Assembly (NCBI GenBank): GCA_038212275.1
Contig: JBBQUR010000026.1
Coordinates: 1-61,125 of the forward strand
From: Planctomycetota bacterium
GTDB taxonomy: Bacteria > Planctomycetota > B15-G4
DNA: 61,125 bases
Direction of reading: 5' to 3'
The stretch's first letter is position 1; every line of letters starts with the position of its first letter. The position numbers and the translations under genes are program-made. Below, in pieces: positions 22,803-32,718 of the stretch. The notes under the pieces are model-generated. The model saw nothing but the letters and a program-made list of their open reading frames with translations. It had not been told where the DNA came from and made no database searches.

Positions 22803-25007
22803 ATGTCACGCCGCAGAGAGCCCCAGCCACCGCCCGAGCCGCCGCCACGACAGGCGGCGCGGCGAAGGCCGCCACGCTGGCGCAAGGCGCTGTTCCAGTT
22901 GCTCGCCACCGCGGCCGTCCTCGTGCTGCTCGAAGGCCTGCTCGCGCTGCTCGGCGTGCAGCCGCTCGCCGCGGACAGCGACCCCTACGTGGGCTTCGCC
23001 GGTCACCTGCCGCTCTTCGTCGAGACGACGGACGCCGACGGACGCGTCGTCATGGTGAATGCGCCCGGCAAGCTCAAGGTCTTCAACGCCCAGTCCTTTC
23101 CGCGCGACAAGCCGGCGGGCACCTTCCGCATCGTGACGCTGGGCGGCTCCACCGTGTACGGCCACCCCTTCGACGACAAGGCGAGCTTCTCCGCGTGGTT
23201 GCGCGAACTGCTCCCCGCTGCAGACCCGAGCCACGCCTGGGAGGTCATCAACTGCGGCGGCATCAGCTACGCGAGCTACCGCGAGGTCGTCGTGCTGCAG
23301 GAGGTCCTTCAGTACCAGCCCGATCTCGTCATCGTGTACTCCGGGCCCAACGAATTCCTCGAGCAGCGCACCTACGGAGATCTCGGCCAGACCTCGCCGC
23401 TGCTGCTGGCGCTCGGCAGCAGCGTGAGTCGCACGCGCATCTTCAGCCTGGCGCGCGAGTGGCTGCACCGCGAGACACCCGACGCGGCTGAGGACACGAC
23501 CGGTGGCGCACCGACAGACGGCGCAAGAGACGGCGCGACGGCTGGCGCGGCCGGTAGCGCGACGGGTGGCGCGCGCCCCAGGCTCGCCGCCGAGGTGACC
23601 ACGCTGCTCGAGCGACCCGCCGGCCTGTCGCTCTACCACCGCGACGACGTGCTGCGCGCCCAGGTGCTCGAGCACTTCCGCTTCAACCTGCAGCGCATGG
23701 CGGACCTCTGCCGCGCGGCCGGCACGCGCCTGCTCTACGTCACGCCGGCCTCGGAGCTGCGCGATTGCGCGCCCTTCAAGAGCGAGCACAGTCCCGGCCT
23801 CCCGGCCGCGGACGCCTCGCTCGTGGACGACGAGCTCGCCCGCGCGCGCACGCTGGCCGTCACCGACCCGCCCGCTGCCCTCGCGCTGCTGCAATCGGCC
23901 GTCGCGCGAGACCCGCGCTACGCCCTGGCCTGGTACCGGCTCGGCGAGGCGCAATACGCGGCCGGCGATTTCGCGGCCGCACGCGCCAGCCTCGAGCGGG
24001 CCCGCGACGAGGACGTCTGCCCGCTGCGCCCGCTCGGCGAGATGCGCGACATCGTGCGCGAGGTCGCCGCAGCCAACGGCGCGCCGGCGCACGATTTCGT
24101 GGCGCTCGTGGACGACGAGTGCGAGCGCCGGCTGCACCACCGCCTCCCGGGTCACGAGCAATTCCTCGACCACGTCCACCTCGATGCCGACGGCTACGGC
24201 CTCCTCGGCCGCGCGCTCTTCGACCGGCTCGTCGCGGACGGCATCGTGCACCCGGATGCGGACTGGGGACCGGAGGCGCTGGCAGCGGCGGGCGCGCGCG
24301 TCTCGTCGCGCCTCGATGCGGAGGCGCGCGGCTTCGCGCTGCGCAACCTGGCCAAGACGCTCGGCTGGGCCGGCAAGCTGGACGAGGCTGAGCGCCTCGC
24401 CGAGCAGACGCTGGCCGCGCTGGGCGACGGCGACTCCGAGAGCCATTTCCTGCTCGGCAATTTCGCGCTGCACGACGGCCGCTTCGAGCGCGCCATCGCG
24501 GAGTACCGCCGCGCCACGGAGATCGACCCGGACTACGCCGAGGCCTGGCTGAACCTCTCGGACGCGCTCATCAAGGCGCACCGCCCGAGCGAGGCGCTCG
24601 CGCCGCTGGAGCGCACGCTGGCGCTCAACCCGCAGCAGGCGCAGGCCTGGAGCATCGCCGGGCTGCTGCTCGACGGCGCGGGCCGGCAGGCCGAAGCGCT
24701 GGAGCACTTCGATCGCGCGCTGCAGCTCGCCCCGGACGACAGCCAGACGCACAACAACCGCGCGCTCGCGCTGCTGCACGCCGACCGCCCCGACGAAGCC
24801 GTCCTTGCATTGCGCCGCGCGATCGAACTCGATCCCGCGTATGCTCAGGCGCACTACAACCTCGGTCTGCTGCTGCGGCGGCAGAACCGGCACGAGGAGG
24901 CGGTGCAGCAGTTCCAGCGCGCTCTGTCGATCGATCCCGGCTACACCAGAGCAGCCGCGCAATTGCAGGAGCTGACCGGCGCCTCGTCGAAGTCCGCGGG
25001 CCCGTGA
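22803..25007 (+). CDS. Membrane-anchored SGNH/GDSL-fold protein with TPR repeats
   Basis: N-terminal TM helix; LGGSTVYG, INCGGISY, YSGPNEF, DHVH; multiple C-terminal TPRs. Confidence 0.85.
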   Translation: MSRRREPQPPPEPPPRQAARRRPPRWRKALFQLLATAAVLVLLEGLLALLGVQPLAADSDPYVGFAGHLPLFVETTDADGRVVMVNAPGKLKVFNAQSFPRDKPAGTFRIVTLGGSTVYGHPFDDKASFSAWLRELLPAADPSHAWEVINCGGISYASYREVVVLQEVLQYQPDLVIVYSGPNEFLEQRTYGDLGQTSPLLLALGSSVSRTRIFSLAREWLHRETPDAAEDTTGGAPTDGARDGATAGAAGSATGGARPRLAAEVTTLLERPAGLSLYHRDDVLRAQVLEHFRFNLQRMADLCRAAGTRLLYVTPASELRDCAPFKSEHSPGLPAADASLVDDELARARTLAVTDPPAALALLQSAVARDPRYALAWYRLGEAQYAAGDFAAARASLERARDEDVCPLRPLGEMRDIVREVAAANGAPAHDFVALVDDECERRLHHRLPGHEQFLDHVHLDADGYGLLGRALFDRLVADGIVHPDADWGPEALAAAGARVSSRLDAEARGFALRNLAKTLGWAGKLDEAERLAEQTLAALGDGDSESHFLLGNFALHDGRFERAIAEYRRATEIDPDYAEAWLNLSDALIKAHRPSEALAPLERTLALNPQQAQAWSIAGLLLDGAGRQAEALEHFDRALQLAPDDSQTHNNRALALLHADRPDEAVLALRRAIELDPAYAQAHYNLGLLLRRQNRHEEAVQQFQRALSIDPGYTRAAAQLQELTGASSKSAGP

Positions 25008-25720
25008 ACGTCCGCGGCGCGTCGCTCGCGGTGCGCGACCTCCGGCCCGAGCTGATGGACAGCCCGGAACTCGATCCAGTGCAGCACGAGCACGCGCTCG
25101 CCGGACTGGCTCGCCTCAATCGCTGGGCCCGCAGCGCCGCGATCGTGCGCCGACCGATCGCGCAGCTCGTCGCCCGCAGCTCCGGGCCGCTCACGCTGCT
25201 CGACGTGGCCTGCGGCGCCGGCGACATCGCGCTCGCGCTGCACGCCGACAGCCGGCGCCGCGGCTGGCCGCTGACCATCCGGGCCTGCGACCGCAGCGCG
25301 CTGGCCGTCGGCCATGGTGCGCGCGCGGCTGCCGCGGCCGGCGCGGACGTGACCTTCTTTCTGGCCGATGCGCTGGGCGGGCCGGCGCTGCCCGTGGCCG
25401 ACATCGTCACGTGCTCGCTCTTCGTGCATCACCTCGACGAGAACCAGGCCGTCGTGCTGCTGCACCGGATGCGCGTGGCCAGTCGCCGGCTGCTGCTCGT
25501 GACCGACCTGCGCCGCAGCCGCGCGGGATGGTGCCTGGCTGCCGGCGCGGCGAGGCTCGCCACGCGCTCACCCATCGTGCACGCCGACGCGCCGGCCTCC
25601 GTGCGCGCCGCCCTCACGGCCGACGAGGCCGTCGCGCTCGCGCGCCGCGCCGGTCTGCACGGCGCGCAGGTGCGCCGCGTCTTCCCCCAGCGCTGGCTGC
25701 TGAGCTGGAGCCCGGCGTGA
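25004..25720 (+). CDS. SAM-dependent methyltransferase (type III PKS-associated)
   Basis: PELMDSPELD..LARLN, LLDVACGAGD, CSLFVHHL, DLRRS; GTGA overlap with the upstream stop. Confidence 0.88.
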   Translation: MNVRGASLAVRDLRPELMDSPELDPVQHEHALAGLARLNRWARSAAIVRRPIAQLVARSSGPLTLLDVACGAGDIALALHADSRRRGWPLTIRACDRSALAVGHGARAAAAAGADVTFFLADALGGPALPVADIVTCSLFVHHLDENQAVVLLHRMRVASRRLLLVTDLRRSRAGWCLAAGAARLATRSPIVHADAPASVRAALTADEAVALARRAGLHGAQVRRVFPQRWLLSWSPA

Positions 25721-27057
25721 GTGCGCCGCCCGGCACGCATCAAAGGCAACTGCCGACAGGGCCCGCGCCGCAGCACGTCGTGGGCGGCACGCTGTCGCTG
25801 AGCACTGCCGCCGCGCGGACCTGGGACGTGATCGTCGTCGGTGCGGGCCCGGCCGGCGCTCTGGCCGCCTGCCAGCTCGCGACCGCGGGCCTCTCCGTGC
25901 TGCTGCTGGAACGCCAGCGCATCCCACGCAGCAAGGTGTGCGGCTGCTGCATCAATCCGCGCGCACTCGATGCCCTGACCCGCGCCGGCCTCGGCCACCT
26001 GCCCCGCGCGTCGGGCGCCGTGCCGCTGAGCCGCCTGCAGCTGGCGGTGAACGGGAGGCGCGCCAGCGTGCCGCTGCCCGGCGGCGTGGCGCTGGGCCGC
26101 GACGTGCTGGATGCCGCCCTCGTGGAGGCGGCCTGCCAGCGCGGTGCGCAGTTCCTGCCCGAGGCGCTGGCCAGCAGCGCGGGGCCGCCGGAGGCCGGTG
26201 CGCCGCGCCGCGTGACGGTTCAGCAGGGCGCGCTGCACGAGCTGCTGTCTGCGCGGCTGGTGCTCGTCGCCGACGGACTCGGCGGCCGCTTCCTCGACGC
26301 ATCGGAAACGGGCGGCGGCCGCGTGGCCTCCGGCTCGCGTGTCGGCGCGGGCACGCTGCTGGAGGACGCGCCCGACGCCCTGCCCGCAGGCAGCGTGTTC
26401 ATGGCCTGCGGCAGCGCGGGCTATGTCGGCGTCGTGCGCCTCCAGGATGATCGCCTCGATGTCGCCGCGGCCTTCGACGCGCGCGAGCTGGCCCGGGCCG
26501 GCGGTGCGCGCGGCGCCGGTGCGCTGGCCCGCAGGCTCATCGACACGGCGGGCCTGCCTGAGCTTGCCGACCTGCCGCTGGAGAGCGCCGTCTGGCGCGG
26601 CACGCCCCCGCTCACGCGGCATCCCCCGCGACGCGGTGTGCGCGGCGCGCTGCTGCTCGGCGACGCGTGCGGCTACGTCGAACCCTTCACCGGCGAGGGC
26701 ATCGCGTGGGCGCTGTGCTCGGCGCTCGCCGTCACGCCGCTGGCGCTTGCCGCCGTGCGCGCCTGGGACGACGGCCTCATCGCGGCGTGGGAGCGGCAGT
26801 GGCTCGCGACGATCGGATCGCGTCAGCGCGCGTGCCGCGCGGTGGCGTGGTTGCTGCGCCATCCGCGCCTGCTGTCGCCGTGCGTCGCGGCGCTGGCTCT
26901 GCGGCCGGGGCTGGCCACGCCGCTTCTGGCCGGACTGGCCGCTCCCGGCCCCGGCCCCGGCCCCGGCCCCGGCCCCGGCCCCGGCCCTGGCCGTGGCCCC
27001 GGCCGTGTCGCGACCTCCGCGCGCGCGGCGGACTGGCCCTCGGAAGTGAATTCATGA
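25717..27057 (+). CDS. FAD-dependent oxidoreductase (geranylgeranyl reductase/halogenase-like fold)
   Basis: DVIVVGAGPAG, RSKVCGCCI, VADGLG, GDACGYVEPFTGEGIAWAL; GTG start overlaps the methyltransferase stop. Confidence 0.88.
   Translation: MSAPPGTHQRQLPTGPAPQHVVGGTLSLSTAAARTWDVIVVGAGPAGALAACQLATAGLSVLLLERQRIPRSKVCGCCINPRALDALTRAGLGHLPRASGAVPLSRLQLAVNGRRASVPLPGGVALGRDVLDAALVEAACQRGAQFLPEALASSAGPPEAGAPRRVTVQQGALHELLSARLVLVADGLGGRFLDASETGGGRVASGSRVGAGTLLEDAPDALPAGSVFMACGSAGYVGVVRLQDDRLDVAAAFDARELARAGGARGAGALARRLIDTAGLPELADLPLESAVWRGTPPLTRHPPRRGVRGALLLGDACGYVEPFTGEGIAWALCSALAVTPLALAAVRAWDDGLIAAWERQWLATIGSRQRACRAVAWLLRHPRLLSPCVAALALRPGLATPLLAGLAAPGPGPGPGPGPGPGPGRGPGRVATSARAADWPSEVNS
26944..27003 (+). 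repeat. Coding hexamer repeat (CCCGGC)7 plus degenerate units, encoding a (Pro-Gly)n tail
   Basis: Read directly; translates as APGPGPGPGPGPGPGPGRGPG at the oxidoreductase C-terminus. Confidence 0.9.
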
Positions 27058-28151
27058 GCTTGTCGATCCTCGGCCTCGGCACCAGCCTGCCCGCGCACCG
27101 CGCCAGCCAGGCGCAGGCGCTGGAACTCGCGCTGGAACTCTGGCCGTACACGGAGGACCAGCAACGGCTGCTCGCCGCGCTGTACCGGCGCACGGGTGTC
27201 GAGCAGCGGCACACGGTGCTTGCGCTGCCGGATGGCGCGCCACTGCGCGCGGTCCGGGCCGAGCAGATCGTCGGCGGGAGGCCGCTGCCCGGCGCGGTGC
27301 CGACGACGGCGGAGCGCCTCGCCGCCTACGACGCGCAGGCCGGGCCCCTGGCGTGCCGCGCCGGTGCGGCCGCGCTTGCCGACGCGGGCCTGGAACCGCA
27401 GGGCATCTCGCATCTCGTCACCGTATCGTGCACGGGTGCGGCGGCGCCGGGCCTCGACGTCGCGCTCGTCCGCGGGCTGGAGCTGCGCGCCGACGTGCAG
27501 CGCACGCACGTCGGCTTCATGGGTTGCCAGGGCGCGCTGGCCGGGCTGCGCGTCGCGCGCGCCTTCACCGACGCGGACCCCGACGCGCGCGTCCTGCTCT
27601 GCGCGGCGGAACTCTGCAGCCTGCACTTCCACTACGGCTGGGATCCGGAGAAGCTCGTCGCCAACGCGCTCTTCTCGGACGGCGCGGCGGCGCTCGTCGC
27701 GGCACGGACCGCGGCCACCACCGACGGCGCCATGCACGTGACCGCGAGCGGCAGCCGGCTGCTGCCCGACAGCGAGGACGCGATGACCTGGACCATCGGC
27801 GACCACGGCTTCCGCATGACGCTCTCGAATCGCGTGCCGCAACTCATCGAGGAGCACCTCGGCGCGTGGCTCGACGGCTGGCTCGCGGGACAGTCGCTGC
27901 GCCGCGCCGACATCGCGAGCTGGGCCGTGCACCCCGGCGGCCCGCGCATCCTGGGCGCCGTGGAGCAGGCGCTGCAGCTTCCGCGCGAGGCGACGGCCGA
28001 CGCGCGCGCCGTGCTCGCGGAGCACGGCAACATGTCCTCGCCCACGGTGCTCTTCCTGCTGCAGCGTCTGCGCGCGCTGCGGCGCCCGCTGCCCGCGGTG
28101 GCGCTGGGTTTCGGCCCGGGACTCGTCGTCGAGGCCGCGCTGCTGCGCTGA
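27054..28151 (+). CDS. Type III polyketide synthase (chalcone synthase superfamily)
   Basis: Catalytic triad GFMGC, VHPGG, GNMSS; also VSCTG, ELCSLH, LFSDGAAA, GFGPGL. Confidence 0.95.
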   Translation: MSLSILGLGTSLPAHRASQAQALELALELWPYTEDQQRLLAALYRRTGVEQRHTVLALPDGAPLRAVRAEQIVGGRPLPGAVPTTAERLAAYDAQAGPLACRAGAAALADAGLEPQGISHLVTVSCTGAAAPGLDVALVRGLELRADVQRTHVGFMGCQGALAGLRVARAFTDADPDARVLLCAAELCSLHFHYGWDPEKLVANALFSDGAAALVAARTAATTDGAMHVTASGSRLLPDSEDAMTWTIGDHGFRMTLSNRVPQLIEEHLGAWLDGWLAGQSLRRADIASWAVHPGGPRILGAVEQALQLPREATADARAVLAEHGNMSSPTVLFLLQRLRALRRPLPAVALGFGPGLVVEAALLR

Positions 28152-28156
28152 GAGCC

Positions 28157-28915
28157 ATGCGACTGCTCACCTGGAACATCCACAAGGGCATCGGCGGCGT
28201 GGATCGCCGCTACGCACCGGGGCGCATCGCGGCGGTGGTCAGGCACTACGACCCGGACGTCGTGCTGCTGCAGGAAGTGGACGACGGCGTGCCGCGCTCG
28301 GCCGGCGACCGGCAGGTGGACCTGCTCGGCGACGTGCTCGACTACGTCCACCGCGCCTTCGGCCCGAACGTCTGGCTGAAGGTCGGCTGCTACGGCAACG
28401 CCACGCTCTCCCGGCACCGCATCGTGGCGCAGCGCAACCTCGACCTGACCTTCCCGATGAAGAAGGCGCGCGGCGCGCTGTACACGGAGCTGGAGGTGCA
28501 GGCCGGCGGCCACCGCTTCACGCTGCACGTCATCAACCTGCATCTCGGGCTTGCGGGCATCGAGCGCCGCTGGCAGGTGCGCCGCCTGCTCGGACTGCCG
28601 GCGCTCACGGCGCTGGATCGGCACAGCCGACTGATCGTCGCGGGCGACACCAATGACTGGGTGGGCACGCTGGCGGGCGGCATGCTGGGACAGGAGGGGC
28701 TGGCGTGCGTGACCGGCCGCGGCACGCGCGCGACGCGCACCTTTCCGGCATGGGGCCCTGTGGGCGCGCTGGACCGCGTGTTCGTGCGCGGACCGCTGCA
28801 GTGCGAGCATCACTTCAGCGCGCGCCTCGATCTGGCGCGACAGGCCTCCGACCACCTTCCCATCGTCGTGGACCTGGCGCTGCTCCCTTCCACCGACGAC
28901 AGCCGGCCGGCATGA
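28157..28915 (+). CDS. Endonuclease/exonuclease/phosphatase family protein (YbhP-like)
   Basis: LTWNIHKG, LLQEVD, GNATLSR, HLGL, AGDTNDW, LDRVF, SDHLP. Confidence 0.92.
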   Translation: MRLLTWNIHKGIGGVDRRYAPGRIAAVVRHYDPDVVLLQEVDDGVPRSAGDRQVDLLGDVLDYVHRAFGPNVWLKVGCYGNATLSRHRIVAQRNLDLTFPMKKARGALYTELEVQAGGHRFTLHVINLHLGLAGIERRWQVRRLLGLPALTALDRHSRLIVAGDTNDWVGTLAGGMLGQEGLACVTGRGTRATRTFPAWGPVGALDRVFVRGPLQCEHHFSARLDLARQASDHLPIVVDLALLPSTDDSRPA

Positions 28916-30303
28916 AGCGTCTGCCGCGCACGTTCCACCTCCCGCGCATGCCGAAGCTCGTGCGACGCCGGCGCTTTGCCCCCGTCTCGGGCAACACGCT
29001 GTCGCTGCTTGATGGCGGCGATGCCTACTACGAGCACCTCACCGCGGCGATCGCGTCCGCGAAGCACGAGGTCCTGCTGAACACCTACCTCTGGGCCAAC
29101 GACGAGACAGGGCGCGCCTTCCTCGCGTCGGCCGCCGCGGCCGCGCGGCGCGGCGTGAGCGTGGCGGTGCTCGTCGATGGCGTCGGCAGCTTCTCGCTGA
29201 CGTCGCAGCATCTCCAGGACATCCGCGAGGCCGGAGGGCGCGCAGCGGTGTATGGCCCGGTGCACCGCTGGCTGCGCCGCTGGTGGCGAATGCATCGCCT
29301 GCTGCGCCGCAACCACCGCAAGAACTGCATCATCGACGGGCGCATCGCCTGGACGGGCGGCGCAGGCATCGCCGACTTCTGGACCGCGCGCTGCGTGCCG
29401 CCGTGGCGCGACCTCATGGCCGCCGTGGAGGGTCCGATCGCGACCCAGTTCCGGGAGGTGTTTCAAGGCGACTGGCGCCGCACGACAGGCCAGAACCTGC
29501 CCGCCCTGCCGGCGGCCGCTCTCCTCGCTGCTCCCACGTCGGCGTCGGCCGCGGCGTCGGCGTCGGCCGCAGCCGCGGCACGTGCGCCGGACCCGCCCGG
29601 TGCGCCCGGCGCGACTCGCGTGACGGGCGTGACGGGCGCGACGGGCGCGACGGGCGCGACGGGCGCGATGGGCGCAACTGGCGCAGTCGGCGCGGGCGGC
29701 GCGGGCGGATCGGCTCCCGCGGGCGGATCGGCTCCCGCGGGCGAGGCGGAGCCATCGGGTGAGCAACTGCGCGTGCTGGCCACCTCGCTCACGCAACGCG
29801 AGCTGGCGACCGAACTTCATCGCGCGGTGCGGCACGCGGCGCGGCGCGTGTGGATCGCCAGCCCGTATTTCGTGCCGAGCTTTCTGCTGCGACGGCGGCT
29901 GATCGCCGCCGCGCATCGCGGCGTGGACGTGCGCCTGCTCCTTCCCGGGCCGACGACAGACCACCGGATCGTGTGGTTCGCCGGCCGACGGCACTACGGA
30001 AGGCTGCTGGCCGAGGGCGTGCGCATCCACGAGCAGATCGGATCCCTGCAACACGCCAAGTACGCGATCGTGGACGACAGCTGGGGCTTCATCGGCTCGA
30101 GCAACCTCGACTCATGGAGCGCCCGCTACAACCTGGAGCTGGACCTCGAGCTGCGCTCGCCCGGCGCCCACGCGATGATTTCGGCGCGCTTCCAGTCCGA
30201 TCTCCTCGAGGCCCACGAGATCACGCGGGAGCTCTGGCACGGCCGGACGCTGCTCATGCGCATGGCCGAGCGGCTGTTCGGCTGGGTCGATCCGCTGCTG
30301 TGA
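28912..30303 (+). CDS. clsB: Phospholipase D family cardiolipin synthase, ClsB-like
   Basis: Two HKD motifs (HRKNCIIDG, HAKYAIVDD), SPYFVP, GSSNLD; no N-terminal TM anchor; follows a ybhP-like gene as in ybhP-clsB. Confidence 0.8.
   Translation: MKRLPRTFHLPRMPKLVRRRRFAPVSGNTLSLLDGGDAYYEHLTAAIASAKHEVLLNTYLWANDETGRAFLASAAAAARRGVSVAVLVDGVGSFSLTSQHLQDIREAGGRAAVYGPVHRWLRRWWRMHRLLRRNHRKNCIIDGRIAWTGGAGIADFWTARCVPPWRDLMAAVEGPIATQFREVFQGDWRRTTGQNLPALPAAALLAAPTSASAAASASAAAAARAPDPPGAPGATRVTGVTGATGATGATGAMGATGAVGAGGAGGSAPAGGSAPAGEAEPSGEQLRVLATSLTQRELATELHRAVRHAARRVWIASPYFVPSFLLRRRLIAAAHRGVDVRLLLPGPTTDHRIVWFAGRRHYGRLLAEGVRIHEQIGSLQHAKYAIVDDSWGFIGSSNLDSWSARYNLELDLELRSPGAHAMISARFQSDLLEAHEITRELWHGRTLLMRMAERLFGWVDPLL
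29620..29742 (+). repeat. Coding 9-bp tandem repeats plus an 18-bp duplication in the PLD interdomain linker
   Basis: Eight G(T/C)GACGGGC-like units at 29620-29691 (VTG/ATG); GCGGGCGGATCGGCTCCC twice at 29701-29736. Confidence 0.85.
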
Positions 30304-30344
30304 TGGCCGTTCCCGCCGAGGCAGGCCATGGCACAATGCGCTCG

Positions 30345-32093
30345 ATGAGTCGCCTGTCGCAAGTTCGTGTCGTCGTGCAGAGCGTCGCGCGCGTGGTCCG
30401 CGCCACCGCGCTGCTCGCGACGACCGCGTTCGTGGCGGCCTGCGCCTCGCCACCGCCGTCGCCTCCACCCGAGCCCGCGGACCTGCTGCTGCTCCACGGC
30501 GTCGTGCGCACGCTCGATCCCCTTCAGCCGGTGGCGCAGGCGCTGGCCGCGCGCGACGGCGTCATCGTCTTCGTCGGCAGCAGCGAGGAGGCCGAGGCGC
30601 TGCGCGGCCCGCGCACCCGGGTCCTCGAACTGAACGGGCGCACCGTGTGCCCCGGCTTCACGGACAGTCACCTGCATCTCTCCGGCTTCGCGCGCACGCT
30701 GGGCGAGGTGGACCTGACCGGCACCGCCAGCGAGGCGGAGGTCGTGGCGCGCACCGTCGCCGCCGCCGTGAACCACCCGCCGGGCAGCTGGATCGTCGGC
30801 CGCGGCTGGGACCAGAACGACTGGGACTCGACGGACTTTCCCGTGCATGACCGGCTCTCCGCGGCCCTGCCCGACCATCCCGTCGCGCTGCAGCGCATCG
30901 ACGGGCACGCGCTGCTGGTCAACGCCGCCGCGCTTGCCGCAGCGGGCATCGACGCCTCCACGCCGTCCCCCGCCGGCGGACGCATCCTGCACGATGCCCA
31001 CGGAGCGCCCACCGGCGTGCTCATCGACAACGCGATGGCGCTCGTAGACCGCCAGCTCCCCGAGCCCGATCCGGCCGACCTCGCGAGGAACGTGCGCCGC
31101 GCGATCGCGGAACTCCATCGTCACGGCATCACCTCCGTGCACGATGCCGGCGTGCCGTGGCGCGTCGTCGAGGTGTACGCGGACCTCGCACGGCGCGGCC
31201 GCTTCCCGTTGCGGGCCTACGTCATGCTGGACGGCAGCGACGCCGACTGCTGGCGCACGGACCGGGGCGTCCCCACCGACGACCTCACCGGACAGGGCCT
31301 CCTCGCGGTCCGCGCCATGAAGCTTTACGCCGACGGCGCGCTGGGTTCGCGCGGTGCGGCGCTGCTCTCCGACTACTCCGATGATCCGGGCAACACCGGC
31401 CTGCTGCGCACCGACCCGGCGCTGCTGCAGGCGGCCTGCGAGCGCGCGCTGCGCGAAGGCTGGCAGGTCGCCACGCATGCCATCGGCGACCGCGGCAACG
31501 AAATCGTGCTCGACACCTACGAGCGCGCCTTCGCCGCGGTGCCGGTGAGCGAGCGCGCGCCGGGCGGCGAAGAGCCCCGTTTCCGCATCGAGCACGTGCA
31601 GGTGCTGGCGCCGGCCGACGTGCCGCGCTTCGCGGAGCTGGGCGTCATCGCCTCGATGCAATGCCAGCACCAGACCTCGGACATGCCCTGGGCCGAGGCG
31701 CGGCTCGGGCCCGAGCGCGTCAAGCTGGCCTATGCCTGGCGTTCGCTGCTCGATGCCGGCGCGAGGTTCGCCGGGGGCAGCGACTGTCCCGTCGAGAAGC
31801 CCGATCCGCTGGACGCCTTCCGCGCCGCGGTCACGCGCACCGACGCCAGCGGCGCACCCTTCGGCGGCTGGCACCGCGAGCAGGCGATGACGCGCGCCGA
31901 GGCGCTCGCATCGATCACCGCGTGGCCGGCCTACGCGGCCTTCCAGGAAAAGCGCCTCGGCAGTCTCGTCGTCGGCCGGCGCGCCGACGTCGTCGTGCTC
32001 TCCGACGACCCGCTCACCGTGCCCGAGGGGCAGCTCGGCCAGCTCCAGGTGGACGCCACGGTCTTCGACGGCGCCCTCGTCTTCGAGCGCTGA
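30345..32093 (+). CDS. Amidohydrolase (Amidohydro_3/YtcJ-like), probable lipoprotein
   Basis: PGFTDSHLH, KLYADGALGSRGA, HAIGDRG, RIEHVQ, GGSDCPVE; lipobox-like FVAAC. Alternative starts at 30303 and 30336. Confidence 0.9.
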   Translation: MSRLSQVRVVVQSVARVVRATALLATTAFVAACASPPPSPPPEPADLLLLHGVVRTLDPLQPVAQALAARDGVIVFVGSSEEAEALRGPRTRVLELNGRTVCPGFTDSHLHLSGFARTLGEVDLTGTASEAEVVARTVAAAVNHPPGSWIVGRGWDQNDWDSTDFPVHDRLSAALPDHPVALQRIDGHALLVNAAALAAAGIDASTPSPAGGRILHDAHGAPTGVLIDNAMALVDRQLPEPDPADLARNVRRAIAELHRHGITSVHDAGVPWRVVEVYADLARRGRFPLRAYVMLDGSDADCWRTDRGVPTDDLTGQGLLAVRAMKLYADGALGSRGAALLSDYSDDPGNTGLLRTDPALLQAACERALREGWQVATHAIGDRGNEIVLDTYERAFAAVPVSERAPGGEEPRFRIEHVQVLAPADVPRFAELGVIASMQCQHQTSDMPWAEARLGPERVKLAYAWRSLLDAGARFAGGSDCPVEKPDPLDAFRAAVTRTDASGAPFGGWHREQAMTRAEALASITAWPAYAAFQEKRLGSLVVGRRADVVVLSDDPLTVPEGQLGQLQVDATVFDGALVFER

Positions 32094-32163
32094 GCACCCA
32101 CCGGCCGGGCGGGCGCCGACGGGCGCACTTGGCTTGCCTGACAGCGCCTGCATGATGGGCCGC

Positions 32164-32709
32164 ATGAAGCATCCGTCGAAACGTCGAGCCGACACGTCCG
32201 AATCCGCAGAGCGCAAGCAGCAGGGAGGCCGGCGGCCCGGCGGCGGCAAGGCGCTTTCCACCGAGGAACAGATCGAGGAGATTCACCGGCGGGTGGTCGT
32301 GCGCACGACGGCCGACGTGCAGGGCCTCACCGACCTGCTGAGCAGCCGGCGCAAGCTCATGTGGAGCAACTTCCTGGCCGGCCTGGCGCGCGGCGTCGGC
32401 TTCTTTCTCGGCGTCTCCATCGTGGGCGGCGTCGTGCTCGGTGTCGCCGCGCTGACTTTCGACCATGCCTTCGCGGCGCTGGGGCTCAAGGACGTCACGC
32501 TCAAGCGCGCCGTCACCTCGGCCTACGAGAAGTACGTGGAGATCCAGGATCTCATCGGCGACGCGCAGAAGAACATCGACAAGGCGCGCGCGCAGATGAA
32601 GACGCTGCCCCCGCCCGGCAGCGTGGCGCCTGCTCCGGACGGATCGGCGCCCGCGCCCTCCCCGGCACCGATGCCCGACCCGGCGCATGCGCCGGAAGAC
32701 GGTCGCTGA
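32164..32709 (+). CDS. DUF5665-like membrane protein
   Basis: KLMWSNFLAGLARGVGFFLG segment recognised as DUF5665-like; Pro-rich tail. Confidence 0.65.
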   Translation: MKHPSKRRADTSESAERKQQGGRRPGGGKALSTEEQIEEIHRRVVVRTTADVQGLTDLLSSRRKLMWSNFLAGLARGVGFFLGVSIVGGVVLGVAALTFDHAFAALGLKDVTLKRAVTSAYEKYVEIQDLIGDAQKNIDKARAQMKTLPPPGSVAPAPDGSAPAPSPAPMPDPAHAPEDGR

Positions 32710-32718
32710 GGCCGGGGC

